64,000 nt of DNA from Hypanus sabinus (Eukaryota), in contig NC_082723.1 of NCBI RefSeq assembly GCF_030144855.1, positions 27,528,001 through 27,592,000 of the forward strand. Direction: 5' to 3'. Positions 48,175-61,700 of this stretch are shown here, piece after piece. Made by a program: the position numbers and the translations under genes. A model generated the notes under the pieces. The model was not told where the DNA came from. It saw only the letters and a list, made by a program, of their open reading frames with translations, and ran no database searches. The number at the start of each line of letters is the position of its first letter. Position 1 is the first letter of the stretch.

Positions 48175-49753
48175 CTACGGAAAGACACACATCTCGTTAG
48201 ACAAGTGTGGGGCAATGCAGTGGTTAAGATTCAAGATTCATCTTTATTTATCGTACTTACAGTGAAATGCATCGTTTGTGTTAACGACTATCACACCCGA
48301 GGATGTGCCGGAGGCAGCCCGCAAGTGTCACCACACATTCTGGCAGCAACATAGCGTGCCCACAATGCTCAACAGAACACAACAGGCAACAAAACAACAC
48401 TGTTCCTCCCTTTACCTGCAAATACAGACCTTTATACCCAGGACAGGCCTCAGCCCCCCAATCTCCAGTGGACATGGACTTGGGCCTGTAGGCTTTGTGC
48501 TATGCCTTCTCCACTGGACTCGCAGAGATTTGCAGGCTCAGCTCAGACCAATGGGCCTCAATTTCCAGACTTCTGATTCAATCCTCAGGCCTCAACCCTC
48601 GACATTGGTCCCAAGGTCCAGCAGTCAGTGTAACGTTATACAGTGCCAACAGCCCAGGTTCGATTCCTGTTGCTGTCTAGCCGAGCCCATCTTCATTACT
48701 GGTGCCTCATTATTGCAAACAGTCTGATCAACCACTTTGTAGCCTCGTTAAGACCATCACCCCCGCCACAGTACAGTGGCCAAAGCCAGCTACAACATTT
48801 ATGGCTGAACTACCGATCAACTGGACTTCAATAATGAAAAGGAAGATCGGTGTAAGTCAGGCAACATCTGTGGAAGAAAAGCTGAGTTGAGTTGAGTGGG
48901 TGGCATGGTAGCCAGCAACTAGGATAACACTTTACAGTGCCAGCGATCGGAGTTCAATTCTTGCTACAGTCTCTAGGGCATTTGTACATGTACTCCCTGT
49001 GGCCACATGGATTTCCTCCCACATTCCAAAGATGCACAGATTAGGGTTTACTGAGTTGTAGTCATACTGCACTGGTGCCAGAAGCATGGTGAATCTTGCG
49101 GACTGCCCTCAGCATATTCTCAGCACAAAGTACCACCTTTAACTGTGTTATGAGGTTAAGCGGCAAATAAAGCTAATCTTTCTGTACTTCCATCTTTCCT
49201 TCCTTCCCTCCCTACTTCTCTTCCCATCCTTCCTGATATATTTCTTTTATTCTTTCTATCCATCTTTCTTTCCAAGTATAAAATCGGACACATTGAAATG
49301 AAAGATAAGACTATGCTTTCTAGTCTAAAGCCTGGGATCTCCTCTTCCTTTCTAACACTGTGCACCTTGTACCCCATCACTTTCACAGTTGTGTGCATTC
49401 GTAGCCCAGATTTAAATCCAAAGCTAATCCTTGAGCTTTGTAAAGACTTCAATATCACGGCTTTACATACAAGATTGATTTTAAGGCAGCTGATTTTGAA
49501 ACTGATATTAGCTACAGAAATCTTGCTGCAGCAGTTGTGGAGCCAGCAGAATTACATGATTTATGACGGGCTCATTCCTCTTTTTAAATAACTTTGTTCA
49601 TTTAAATATTTTATCACAGCATTTTGATGCATAACGTGGAATACAGCAGCTGCTTATAAATGTATTTATGAAAAATGCAGTCTGAACATATTTTATTAAT
49701 CGGTACACTGATTTTTGCCGAATATGATCGGTAAACTGAACTGATTACTTTTA

Positions 49754-50285
49754 CACTCAGTGGTCACTGAGCACATGCTTATGGTCTTCTGCTGCTGTAG
49801 CCCATCCACTTCAATGTTCAACGTGTTGTGCGGTCAGAGATGCTCTTCTGCACACCACTGTTGTAACGTGTGGTTATTTGAGTTACTGTCGCCTTCCTGT
49901 CAGCTTGAACCAGTCTGGCCATTCTCCTCTGACCTCCCTCATTAACAAGGTGTTTTCACCCACAGAACTGCCACTCACTGGATGTTATTTGCTTATCGCA
50001 CCATTCTCCGTAAACTCCAGAGGGTGTTGGGCATGAAAATCCCAAGAGGTCAGCAGTTCCTGAGATATTCAAACCACTCCATCTGGCACCAACAATCATT
50101 CCACAGTTAAAGTCACTTAGATCACATTTCTTCCCCTTTCTGATGTTTGGTCTGAACAAGAAGTGAACCTTTTGACCATGTCTGCATGTTTTTATTCATT
50201 GAGCTTCTGCCACATGATTGGCTGATTAAATATTTGCATTAATGAGCTAATTTACAAGTGTACCTAATAAAGTGGCCACCCAGTG
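49754..50285 (-). mobile_element. Non-autonomous Tc1 derivative, copy 4
   Basis: TA|CACTCAGTGGTCACTGAG ... GTACCTAATAAAGTGGCCACCCAGTG; GKKCDLSDFNCGMIVGAR. Confidence 0.88.
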
Positions 50286-52608
50286 CATCGTTTCATTGCC
50301 TGATTATTGCCTCACTATATTGCTAACTTCACTACTTTGGTCTCTGTTTACATGATTTAATTTTTACACACTCAAACTGCTGGAAGAACTCAGTGGGTCA
50401 AGCAGCATCTATGGAGTGAATTTCAGGCTGAGACCCTCCATCAGGTTGTGACCAGAAACATTGTCTATTTATTCCTCTCATAAAGCCATTGAGCACTACA
50501 GCACTACAGCAGCCCCTTTGGCCCACCTAGTTCATGGCAAACTGATTATGTCCAGTCCCATCAAACTCACACAAAGACAAATGTCAAAGGTTACGTGAGA
50601 AAGCAGGAGAATGGGGTTGAGAGGGATCACAAGTCAGCCATGTTGGGCTATCAGATCACACTTGACGGGCCTCCAGCATCTTGTGTGCATTGCCGAGAGA
50701 TGACCCTAATGGATTCACCTCAGGAGAACTGGCACCAAGTTGAAAGGTTAAGTGGATTCTGCCTATCCCAATGGAAAAGCAAGGTGAGATTTGAAACCAC
50801 AGGGTAAGTATCAAACATCAATGAAGTTAACATTTCCAGTGAGGCAACCAAAATAAAAAATCTGTGATTATAGAAAGCAGACAGATTGCTACTGGTAATC
50901 CCCAGTGTGAATTACACCACAAATATTACATCTGTTCTGTAAATCCGGTCTCTGGTATGATTGCAAGATAGATTTATTAATGAGGCAATAGGATCAAAAG
51001 TTCCTGACATTAGAAAAAATTGCAAGCATATTTCCCACCAAATGTGGGCAAAGGAGACGGAAAATAACATGAACTAGTGAGACAATGATGCTTTGGATTA
51101 TGTCATATCAGCTCAAGAAAAGGAATATTTGATCATTCAACAAGGCTTTTTTGGGTTCCAATTATTAAGACCATTAGGAGTAAAATTAAGCTATTGATTC
51201 TGCTCCACTATTCAATCATGGCTGTTTTATTACTTGTCTTAACCCCATTCTCCTGCCTTCTCCTCATAACCTTACTAATCAAGAACTGATCAAGCTCCAC
51301 TTTAAATATACCCAATGACTTGGCCTCCACAGAGATTCCAGAGATTCACCACCAAGGAATAAATAAATTCCTTGGGCTAAAGAAATTAATATCAACATTA
51401 GATGTTTGATCAAATGTTGAATTTCCAAACAGTTTTTGGTCTTTTGTTCTAGTGTTTCTTTCTCAAATGATTTGGACCAGGGTCTCAGAGTTTAGATTTT
51501 TACATGTGATTTCATCAGCCTTGCCACGCACCCAGTGCAGAGAGACGTCTAGTCACTCCTGCTACTTGGTTATTGAAAAACAATGCCTCCACTTCAAAAG
51601 GGACCTTGTAAGCTCCCAGAGCAGCCAATGAAGTACGGCCTCTGCTGCTAAAATATCACAGATGCTGGAAAGCCGAAATTAAGCAGAATACAGGAAATAC
51701 TCAACAGGTCAGGCAGTATCTGTGGAGAGCAAAAGAACGCAAACATTTCAAAACTTGGGATGATTAGAGGTGAAACAGAGTAAGGTGCCATGACAGGTAT
51801 ATAAGATGAGAAGAGGCATGGATGGAGTAGATAGCCATTGGCTTTTTTCCGGAGCAGAAAAGGTTAATATGAGCCGGCATAATTTTAAGGTGCTTGGAGG
51901 GGCCAGAGGTAGGTTGTTTTTTTCATAGTGCTAGGTGCATGGAATGCCCTGCTAGGGGTGGTGGTAAAGGCAGATACATTAAGGACATTTAAGAGACTCT
52001 TAGATAGGCACAGGGATGATAGAAAAATGAGAACCATCTAAGAGTCTCTTATCTGTCTCTACCACCATCCCTGGCAGTGTATTCTATGCACGTACTGCTC
52101 TCATGTAAAAAATAATTTCCTCTAATATCCCCTCTGTACATGTGACAATAATAAACCAACGCCAATGCCCTGTTGGTGAAGATTCTTTCCTATCTAAGCA
52201 CTTCATAATTTTATTAACTCTGTAAGATAGTATACTTTCTAGGGTGCGTCATTTGGAAGTTGGTCTACACATTTATTCTTCCTACCAAAGAGCATGATCC
52301 CACAGTTCCCTACAGCGTATTCCACCCGTCACTTCTTCACCCACGCTCCTTGGAAAGAGAAAGAGTACTAACACTTCCATTTGAAGGCCCTTCCTGAAAA
52401 GTATGGAAATTATTTTCATTTGGAGATACAGCACCATAATGGACCTTCTGGCCCACTGATTCTGCACTATCATTATGCCCATGTGACCTGCACAGTATGT
52501 TTTTAGATTGTTGGAGATATTGAACCCGGGTCACCAGCACTGTGACAACGTTAAGCTACCATGCAGTCCATGGTAAATGCCTCCCACCCCGAACCATTCT
52601 TGTCCTAC

Positions 52609-52722
52609 CTTCTCGGAGAAGTGCTCTTCTGGAAGAGGTGGGTAGTCACATTGCTCAATCTTCTTACAGAGGGAAAAGAGGTTCATTTTGTCCCCATAGA
52701 ATGGGCTCTGGAGGGCAGCCAT
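52609..52722 (-). CDS. NEK6: NEK6 penultimate coding exon: [38 protein letters not shown]
   Basis: Acceptor TCTCACAG, donor GTAGGA; 114 bp, phase 0/0; the preceding exon was not found in the remaining 11 kb. Confidence 0.95.
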
Positions 52723-54055
52723 CTGTGAGATGAAGGGGGAAAAATAAAGGATCGTTTCATACAGATCTTGCATTCTTCTTTCAGCCTTTCAAGCACATCC
52801 ACTACTGTCAGTATCCATATCATAAGCTTGAGGTTCATCATCATCGTTATTATGTGCCGTGCTGTGTGGCATAGGTGATCATGATTGTTCATGGCAAATT
52901 TTTCAGCAGAAGTGGTTTGCCATTGCCTTCTTCTGGGCAGGGTCTTTACAAGATTGCTAACCCTAGCCATTATCAATACTCTTCAGAGATTGTCCACCTG
53001 GCATCAGTGGTCACATAATGATCTGCACCAGCTGCTCATATGACCATCCACCACCTGCTCCCATGGTTTCAAGTGACCCTGATCAAGGGGCTAAGCTTTT
53101 AAATCTTTCCCTTCTTACCTTAAACCTATGGTTTCTAGCTCTGGGTAAAAGACTATGCACATCACCCTATCTATGTCTCTCATAATATTATACATCTCTG
53201 AAAAATCCCGTTCTCCTATGATCCAATGAAAATGTCCCAACTTAGTCCCTTGAGTCCCGGTAACATCCTTGTAAATCTCTGTACCCTTGCCAGCTTTATT
53301 TATTTACTTATTTAGTGATACTGTGCGGAATAGTATCACTAAATCACTAAACGAGCTGTGCTGCCCAGCAACCCACCTATTTAACCCTAGCCTAATCACA
53401 GGACAACTTATAATGATCAATTAACCTACTAACTGGAGCACACAGAGGAAACCCACACGTTCACGAGGAGGAATGTAGAGATGACACCAGAATTGAACCC
53501 CAAACTCCAATGCCTCGAACTGTAATAGGGTCGCACTAACCACCACACAACCATGCTGCTTTAAGTGCATCTCAATGGCATCTTTCCTAACGCAAGTTTA
53601 CCAGAACTGAATGAGTATTCCAAATCCAGCCTCACCAACTTCATATACATACAACTACAAACATAGCATCCCAACTCTTATACCCAGTACCCTTGCCTTC
53701 TTCACTATCGTGTACCTACCTGGGATGGCCCTTTCAGAGAACCATGTACCTATTGTCCTAGGTCCCTTTGTTCTACCACGGTCTTCAGGTCCTATTATTC
53801 ACTACGAAAATCCCACCCTCACTGGTCTTCCCAAACTGCAACTCCTCAGACTTATCTGAATTAAACTGCATTTGCTATTCTTTGGCCCACTTACTCAGCT
53901 GATCAAGGACCCTCTGTAAATCCTGACAACCACCTTCTCTGCCAATGACACCACCTATTTAATCGCTTCCACAACTCAGAAAAATTCGTATATATGATTA
54001 AAATTGAGCATTCATTTCAAGAAGACTAGACTGTAAAAACAAGGATGTAATGCTC

Positions 54056-54655
54056 CTGGTGAAACCTGTCATAAATTGTGGGGCTACTTCATCGAGTACC
54101 TTCACTCCATCCGCCAAAAGTGGAACTTCACGGTGGCCAAACATCTTAATTCCAATTCCCAATTCCGCTCTGACGTGTCAGTCCATGGCCTTCTCTTGTG
54201 CCAAGGTGAGGCCATCCTCAGGGTCAAGGAGCAACACCTTATATTCTGTCTGCGAAACCTTTAACCTGATGGCATGAACATTGACTTCTCCTTCCGGTAA
54301 AAATATGCTTTCCTTCCCCCTCTGGTCTCTTATGTCTTCTCACCTGCTTATCACCTCTCCTTGGGTCCCCTCTTATTTCCCTTTGCCCTCAATCATTCAA
54401 AGTATATTTATTGTCAAAGAATATTTAAATTTTACACCTTGAGATTTGTCTACTTACAAACAGCCTTGTGGGTAATCTTTCCTACACCTGACTTCACCTA
54501 TCACCTTCAAGCTCATCCTCCTTCCCCTCCCCCCACCTTTTTATTCTGGGATTTTTCCCCTTCCTATCCAGTCCTGATGAAGGGTCTCAGCCCGACACAT
54601 CAACTATTTATTCATTTCCATAGATGCTGCCTGACCTGCATTTTGTGTGTTACTA
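54056..54655 (+). mobile_element. Penelope-like element 3' part, inserted in a CR1 fragment
   Basis: ORF 54076-54264 ..VAKHLNSN..SDVSVHGLLLC..RVKEQHLIF resembles the GIY-YIG C-terminal region; followed by the terminal repeat. Confidence 0.85.
54569..54606 (+). ncRNA. Degenerate minimal type I hammerhead ribozyme motif in Penelope terminal repeat
   Basis: CAGTC-CTGATGA-AGGGTCTCAGCCC-GACA-CA-TC-AACTA versus multi-copy consensus CAGTC-CTGATGA-AGGGTCTCRGCCC-GAAA-CG-TC-GACTG; this copy is probably inactive. Confidence 0.65.
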
Positions 54656-55419
54656 TGCAATGGCATTGGTCAGACCACACTTGGAGTATTGTGAGCAATT
54701 TTTAAAGTTGAAAGTCTTTTTATTATATACAACCCTGAGATTCATTTCTCACTGGCATTCTCTGTAAATCCACAACAGAATGATAACCGTATTAGAATCA
54801 GTGAAAGACCCCAGGAAGCAGAACACACAAAATGCTCAAAGAACTCGACAGGCCAGGTGGCATCTATGGAGACAAGAAAACATTTGACTTTTCAGGCCGA
54901 GACCCTTCATGCGGACTGGAGAAAAAGATGAGAAGTCAGTGTACCAACGGAAACCGCGCCGACTTGGGTTCAACCAGCGTGCAAAAGAAAACAAGCTGTA
55001 TAAATACCAAGTAAGAATTAATAAATATAGAGAACATGAGATGAAGAGTCCTTGAAGTGAATTAATAGATTGTGCCTTCTTCCTGAAAGCAGCAGCAAGA
55101 AGGGGGAATATCCTGGGCGGTGGGGTTACCAGGCAATAGATGCTACTTCCATGCAACGGTGTTTCATGTAGATCTCCTCAATGTTGGGGAGGGCTTCAGC
55201 CATGATGGACTGGGTCACATCCATTTTTTTTTGCGGGAGTTTCTGTTTAAGAGCCTTAGTGTTTCTACACCAGGCTATGACTCAGCTGGTCAATATACTC
55301 TCCACCACACGTCTGTAGAAGTTTGTCAGAGTTTTAGATGTCATGCCAAATCTTTGTTAACTCCTAAGGAAGTAGAGGTGCTGCTGTGCTTTCTTCATAA
55401 TTGCACTTACATTCTGGGC

Positions 55420-56550
55420 CCCTTATTGAAGAATAGATGTGTGGGCATTGGAGAGGGTCCAGAGGAGGTTCACGAGGATAATCCCAGAAATGAAAGGGTT
55501 AATATATGAGGAGCATTTGATAGTTCTAGCTCTGTACTTGCTGGCGTCTATAAGAATGAGGGGGTATCTAATTGAAAGGGTCTGACCTGGAGTTACACTC
55601 TGACTTCAGTTCTTTGTGGGAATGGGACCCACTCTCGGTCTCACGACCGGCCGCTTTTTGATATCCCAAGGATGTAGTCCGGAAGACGAGCACGGCTTTC
55701 AGGGTTCCGGATTTTAATGGCTCTGGAGACAAGCTCATTCTAGGCCAGTTGGAGAACATCGGGAGCAGCCAAGTGTTGTGTGTCCAAAGAGCTGCACCCT
55801 TGTGGGGCCAACTCTCCGGGCGCAGAGCTTGGAAAAAGCCATGCAACTGACTTTTGGCATCATAAATCAGTGAGTTGTTTGTAGTGACTTTCCTCCTGCT
55901 GTGAAACAGGGACATCACTTTTTCCCCTGAGAGAGAGCCTCTCTCTCTCTCTAAGTCAAAATACCGAGTGAACGAGTAGTCTTTGGGGTGCTGCAAGTCT
56001 GGGTCTTTGTTGATGTTTTGCTGCACGTTTGAGTGCTCGGTGGGGGGTGCTGGTTGGGGGGGGGGGTTTGTTGCTGTTGTTTGTGCGTGGGAGGGGGAGA
56101 TGGAGGGGCTTTGGGGCTCTAACATTTAACTGTCAACATTCTTTGGGGAACTCCTCTGTTTTCGTGGATGTTTGCGAAGAAAAAGATTTTCAGGATAGAT
56201 ATTGTACACATTTCTTTGACGTTAACTGTACCTATTGATACTGAGATAGAGTGGATGTGGAGAGGATATTTCAAATAGTGGTTGCATCTAGGACCAGAAG
56301 GCACAGCCTCAGACTAGAGGGACGTCCGTTAGAACAGAGATGGGAAGGAATTTCTTTCATCACAGCGTGGAATTCATTGCCACAGGCCAAAGCAGAGGTT
56401 TAAATGACTCAATTAATCAGGACGTCAAAGTTTCTGGGAGGAAGGCGGGAGAATGAGGTTGAGAGGGATAATAAATTAGCCATGATGGAATGGTGGAGCA
56501 GACTCGATGGGCTAAATGGCCCAATTCCATTCCTATGACTTACGAGCTTA
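55420..56550 (+). mobile_element. CR1 3' end split by a ~650-bp non-autonomous insertion (about 55578-56230)
   Basis: CR1 sequence CTAATTGAAA|insert|CCTATTGA resumes after the insert; the insert is CpG-rich with a Rex1-like 3' tail. Confidence 0.7.
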
Positions 56551-57334
56551 TAGTTATTGAGCAATACATTGCAGATACAGGTCCTTCGCCAACCACGGTA
56601 CCCACCCAGCCAGTCCCAATTTCCTACAGTCAGCCCATATCCCTTTTACCCCCGCCTCTCCATGTGCTATTTAAACAATACTATTGTACCTGCCTCAACC
56701 ACTTCCTCTGGCAGCTCGTTCCATATACTCACCACCATCTGCATGAAAAAGTTGCCCCTCAGTTTCCTTTTAGATCTTCTCCCCCTCCCCTAAACCTGCA
56801 CCCCCTGGTTTTGGACTCCCCTTCCCAGGGAAATGATGTACCTCATCTGTACTCATAATTTTTAAGTTTTGACAGGTCACACCTATGGATGAATACTTGA
56901 TGTATAGTTGGACATGATGGGGTGAACCGCCTTTGCTGTTCGACTTGCAGGGGTAGAATTTCTACTGGTGCCTGTAGGGATAAAGTCTCAAAGCTCAAGG
57001 TTTGCTCAAGGCTCCACCAAAATTTGCTCCTCATCTCGGTCCCAATTGGCCAATGAGCCAGTATAGATCTGAAAGGCCAAATAACCTATTTTATGGTCAT
57101 AAGGAAATTAAAAAGATATAGATTTGTTGTGTGCTTGGCCAGGGTAATTGTGGATGAATTCTTGTATCAATGTGCTTAAGAGGAACGGAGGAAGCTTCTC
57201 AATTTTTAATGTACCTCATACTGTACAAGTGCTGTTTTCTGCCAAGTTGATTTATTGCTTAAAGTTCATAATAAAACATGTTTGGTCAAATTCCTGGCAT
57301 AGTTTTGAAGCAGAAAGTTAATTTGTTAAGTTAT

Positions 57335-57900
57335 CGAGTCATAGAACACTACAGCACAGAAACAGGCTCTTCTGTGCCAAACAATTATACCACCTGGTCC
57401 CATCGACCTGCACCTGGAACATGAGCCTCCAAACCCCTCCCATCCATGTACCTATCCAAATTTCTCTTTAATCAAACCTGCATCCACCATTTCCACTGGA
57501 ACTCATTCCACTCTATCACCATCCTCCATGTTCCCTTTAAATATTTCACTTTTCACCCTTAACCTCTAGTTCAAGTCTCACCCAACCTCAGTGGAAAAAT
57601 TCTGCTTGCTTTTACCCTGTCTATACCCCTCATAATCTTGTCTACCTCTATCTAATCTCCTCTTATTCTCCTGCACTCCACAGAATAAAGTCTTATCTTA
57701 TTCAACCTTAACTCAGGTCCTCAAGTCCCAGCAACATCCCTGTAAATTTTCTCTGTACTTTTTCAATCTTATTGACATCTTTCATGTAGGTAGGTGACCA
57801 AAACGGCACACAATACTCCAGATTAGGCCTCACCAACATCTTATACGACTTCAACATAACATCCCAACTCCTGTAGTCAATACTCTGATTTATGAAGTTC
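57335..57900 (-). mobile_element. CR1 3' end
   Basis: YRSWDVMLKSYKMLVRPNLEYCVPFWSP motif. Confidence 0.88.
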
Positions 57901-58734
57901 CTCACGGTGGTGATACGGACCCTCCAATGTAACCAGGTGTATTAAAGTGTGGGGTGGGATCCTTCAGGAGGAGGAAAGGGGGCTGTGGTCTGACAGAACG
58001 TCTCTCCTCTGCCTGAAAGTCAAGAACTTGGGGAGGTCTTGTCTCATCAATTGTGCAACTTCTGCCTCATGCTTACCGACAACATCCAGCCTTTTGGGTT
58101 CGTGCAGCTCCCAACACCCCAGGCCCATCAACCTCACTTTATTTTACTTTTTATTATTTAGAGTTACAACATGGAGCAGTCCCTTTCGGCCTACCGATCC
58201 TCACCACCCAGCAACCTACCAGCTTAACCCTAGCCTAATATCAGAACAATTTAACTGCTAACCAATGGGTCTTAGGACCGTGGGAGGAAACCCGCGCACT
58301 CACTGGAAGAACATACAAACTTTCTTGTCCGTGACGCCAGAATTGAGCTCCAAGCTTTGATGCCCCAAGCTGTAATAATGTTGTACTGACCACTATGCTA
58401 CATTGGAACCATTCTTCTCTCTCGCACTGCCACCTGACACAATTCCTTTAACATAACCAAGACCTGCACTGATTTAGCCCCATTCGTCGCTTCAGGACTA
58501 TCCACATCCCCTGCAAGCACACTGTACCGTTCACTAGGATCACACCTACACACTCACCCACGCCTTCCAATTCTCCTGGTCCCCATCAGCAAATACCAAA
58601 CCTCCTAGAGCCACGAGGGACCTGATGGATTCTAAAAATGATGGTATGAGCGTCCTGCATTCACATGCCAAGGAGTCCTTGTTGCTGGTGGGGGAAGGGG
58701 GTGTGTTGTCTGTTTTTGTGTCACATACCAACAC

Positions 58735-61700
58735 CATCAGGCTCTCTTCCAGGAAAGGTGGGACCTGTACAGAAGGGACGCTTTGCACCTGAACTGGAGG
58801 GGGACTAATACCCTAGTGTTAATGCTGCACGGTGGGTTTTAAACTAGAGTTGCAGGGGGATGGGAGGCAGTGTGCCAGAACAGTTAGGGGAGAAGCTATG
58901 GGGGCAGATGTTGGTCAGATCTCAGAATCAGAAGGTTGATTTGTGTCCTGATCTGCATACAACTCAATGCAAAAAGTATTGTAGGAAAGGCAGATGATAA
59001 GGCTGAAGATGAGCTAGCTGGTTTACAAACAGAGGCAATGTGTAGTGAGGAGAGGCTGTTGATAGGACAAGATTGCAGTCAATGTGATGAGTTGCAACAT
59101 AAAAGGTGGACAAAATTGAAAGGGTGAATCCAGGACTGAAGGTGTTATATTTGAGTGCACGCAGTATATGGAGTAAGATAGATGGACTTTGCAGCACAGT
59201 TGCAGATAGGCATCACTTAATCATAGCTGAAAGATTATAGCTAGGAGCTTAATGTCCAAGGATACATACACACCGTATTGAAAGGGCAGGTAAGACAGCA
59301 GAGGGGGCAGTGTTGCTCAGTTGGTAAAGAAAAGCAAATCATTAGAGAGAAGTGACATAGGATAGGAAGGTGTTGATTCATTGTGGATAGAGCTAAGGAA
59401 CTGCAAGGTTAAAAAGACTGTGACGTGGCCTACAAGTTACAACTGGAGATACGAAATGCATGCTAAAGAGTAACGTTACAATAGTCATAGGGGAGTTCAA
59501 TATGCAGATAGATTGGGAAAACAAGGTTGGTGCTGGATTACACAAGGGTGAGTTTCTAAAGTGCCTACGGGATAGCTTTTTAGAGCAGCTCATGGTTGAG
59601 CCCACTGGGGGGATCAGCTATCCGGGACTTGGAGTTGTGCAATGAACCAGGATTGATTAGAGAGTTTAAGGTAAAAGAACCCTTAGGGAAAAGTGATCAC
59701 AATATGATTGAATTCACCCTGAAATTTGAGAGGGAGAAGCTGAAGTCAGATGTATCAGCATTACAATTGAGTAAAAGGAGTTAGAGAGACATGAGAGAGG
59801 AGTTGGCCAGAATTGATTGGAAGGGAACACTGGCAGGGATGATGGCAGAGCAGCAATGGCTGGAATTTCTGGAAGTAATTTGGTAGGCACAGGATATATA
59901 TACATCCGAAAGAGGAAGAAGTATTCTCAAGGAAAGATAACACAACCATGGCTAACAAGAGAAGTCAAACCCAACATAAAAGCCCAAGAGAGGGCATATA
60001 ATAGAGCAAAAATTAGTGTGAAGTTAGAGGATTGGGAAGCTTTTAAAAACCAACAGAAGGTAACTAAAAAGTTATTAAGAAGGTAAAGATGGAATACGTA
60101 AGTAAGCTAGCCAATATTATTAAAGAAGATACCAAAAGTTTTTTCAGATACATAAAGTGTGCCCTCTGGTCTTTGACCCTCCCACCACTGGAAAATGATG
60201 CTGAAAATGGTAGTAATGGGGGACAACGAAATGGTAGATGAACTGAATAGGTATGCTAAACCAGTCTTCGCTGTGGAAGATACTAGCAGTGTAGTGGAAG
60301 TTCCAGGTGTCGGGGGGCATGAGGTATGTTAAGTTACCATAATTAGAGGGAGTTTCTTGGGAAACTAAAAGGTCTGAAGGTAGATAGGTCACCTGGACCA
60401 GCTGGCGTACACCAAGAGTTCTGAAGGAGGTGGCTGAAGAGATTGTGGAGGCATCAGTAATGGCCTTTCAAGAATCACCAGATTCTAGAATGGTTCCGGG
60501 AGATTGGAAAATTGCAAATGTCACTACACTCTTCAAGAAAGGAGAGAGGCAGAAGAAATGACACGACAGGCCAAATAGTCTGACCTCAGTGGCTGGGAAG
60601 ATGTTTGATTCAATTATTCAGGATACTTGGAGGCAGATGATAACATCGGCTGTAGTCAGCTTGATTTCCTCAAAGCAAAATCTAGCCTGACAAATCTGTT
60701 GGAATTCTTTGAAGAAATAACAAGCAGGATAGACAAAGGAGAATTGGTTGATGTTGTGTACTTGGATTTTCTGAAGGCCTTTCACAAGGAGCCTCACATG
60801 AGGCTGCTCGACAAACTACAAGCCCATGGTATTATGGGAAATATTCAAGCATGGATAAAGCATTGGCTGATTGAGAGGAGACAAAGAGTGGAATTAAAGG
60901 AAACCCTTTGTGGCTGACTGCTGGTGACTAGTGGTGTTCCAAAGGGGTCTGTGTTGGAACCAATTCTTCTTAAGTTGTATGTCAATGATTTGGACGATGG
61001 AATTGATGGCCTTGTTGCAAAGTTTGCAAAAGATAGTAAGATAGGGGACGGGCAAGTAATTTTGAGGACGTAGAGAGGCTACAGAAGGATGCAGACAGAT
61101 TAGGAGAATGGGCAAAGAAATATCAGATGGAATACAGTACTGGGAAGTGTATGGTCATGCACTTTGGTAGAAGAAATGAAAGGGCTGATTATTTTCTAAG
61201 TGGAGAGAAAATACAAAAAACTGAGGAGTAAAAGGACTTAGGAGTCCTTGTGCACGACTCCCTGAAGGTTAATTTGCAGGTTGAGCTTGTAGCAAGGAAG
61301 GCATTTAATGTCAGCATTTACTTCGAGGACTAGGATACGAAAGCAAGGATGTAATGTTGAAGCCTCACTTAGAGTATTGTGAGCGGCTTTAAGCCCCTTA
61401 TCTTAGAAAGGATGTACTGAAACAGCAGAGGGTTCAAAGGAAGTTCACGAAAACATTTCCAGGAATTTAATGGATTGTCATATGAAGAGTGTTTGTTGGC
61501 TCTGGGCCAGTATTCACTGGAATTCAGAAGAACGTGGAGTGACTTCATTGAAACCTATCGAATGGTGAAAGGCCTCAATAGAATGTATGTGGAGAGGAAA
61601 ATTTCCCATTTTGGGAAAGTTTAAGACCAGAGGACACAGCCTCAGAATAGAGGGGTGTCCTTTTAGAAGAGAGAGTGGTGAATCTATGGAATTTCTTTTG

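Noticed and set aside
47909-48265. 118-aa + strand ORF
   Set aside because: Antisense shadow of the NEK6 last exon plus flanking repeat
53310-53344. Small 14-bp stem palindrome as functional RNA
   Set aside because: Inside a SINE tail; best explained as a local template-switch mutation
55568-56125. 185-aa ORF as a novel gene
   Set aside because: Lies wholly inside a repeat insertion, is low complexity and has no recognisable domain
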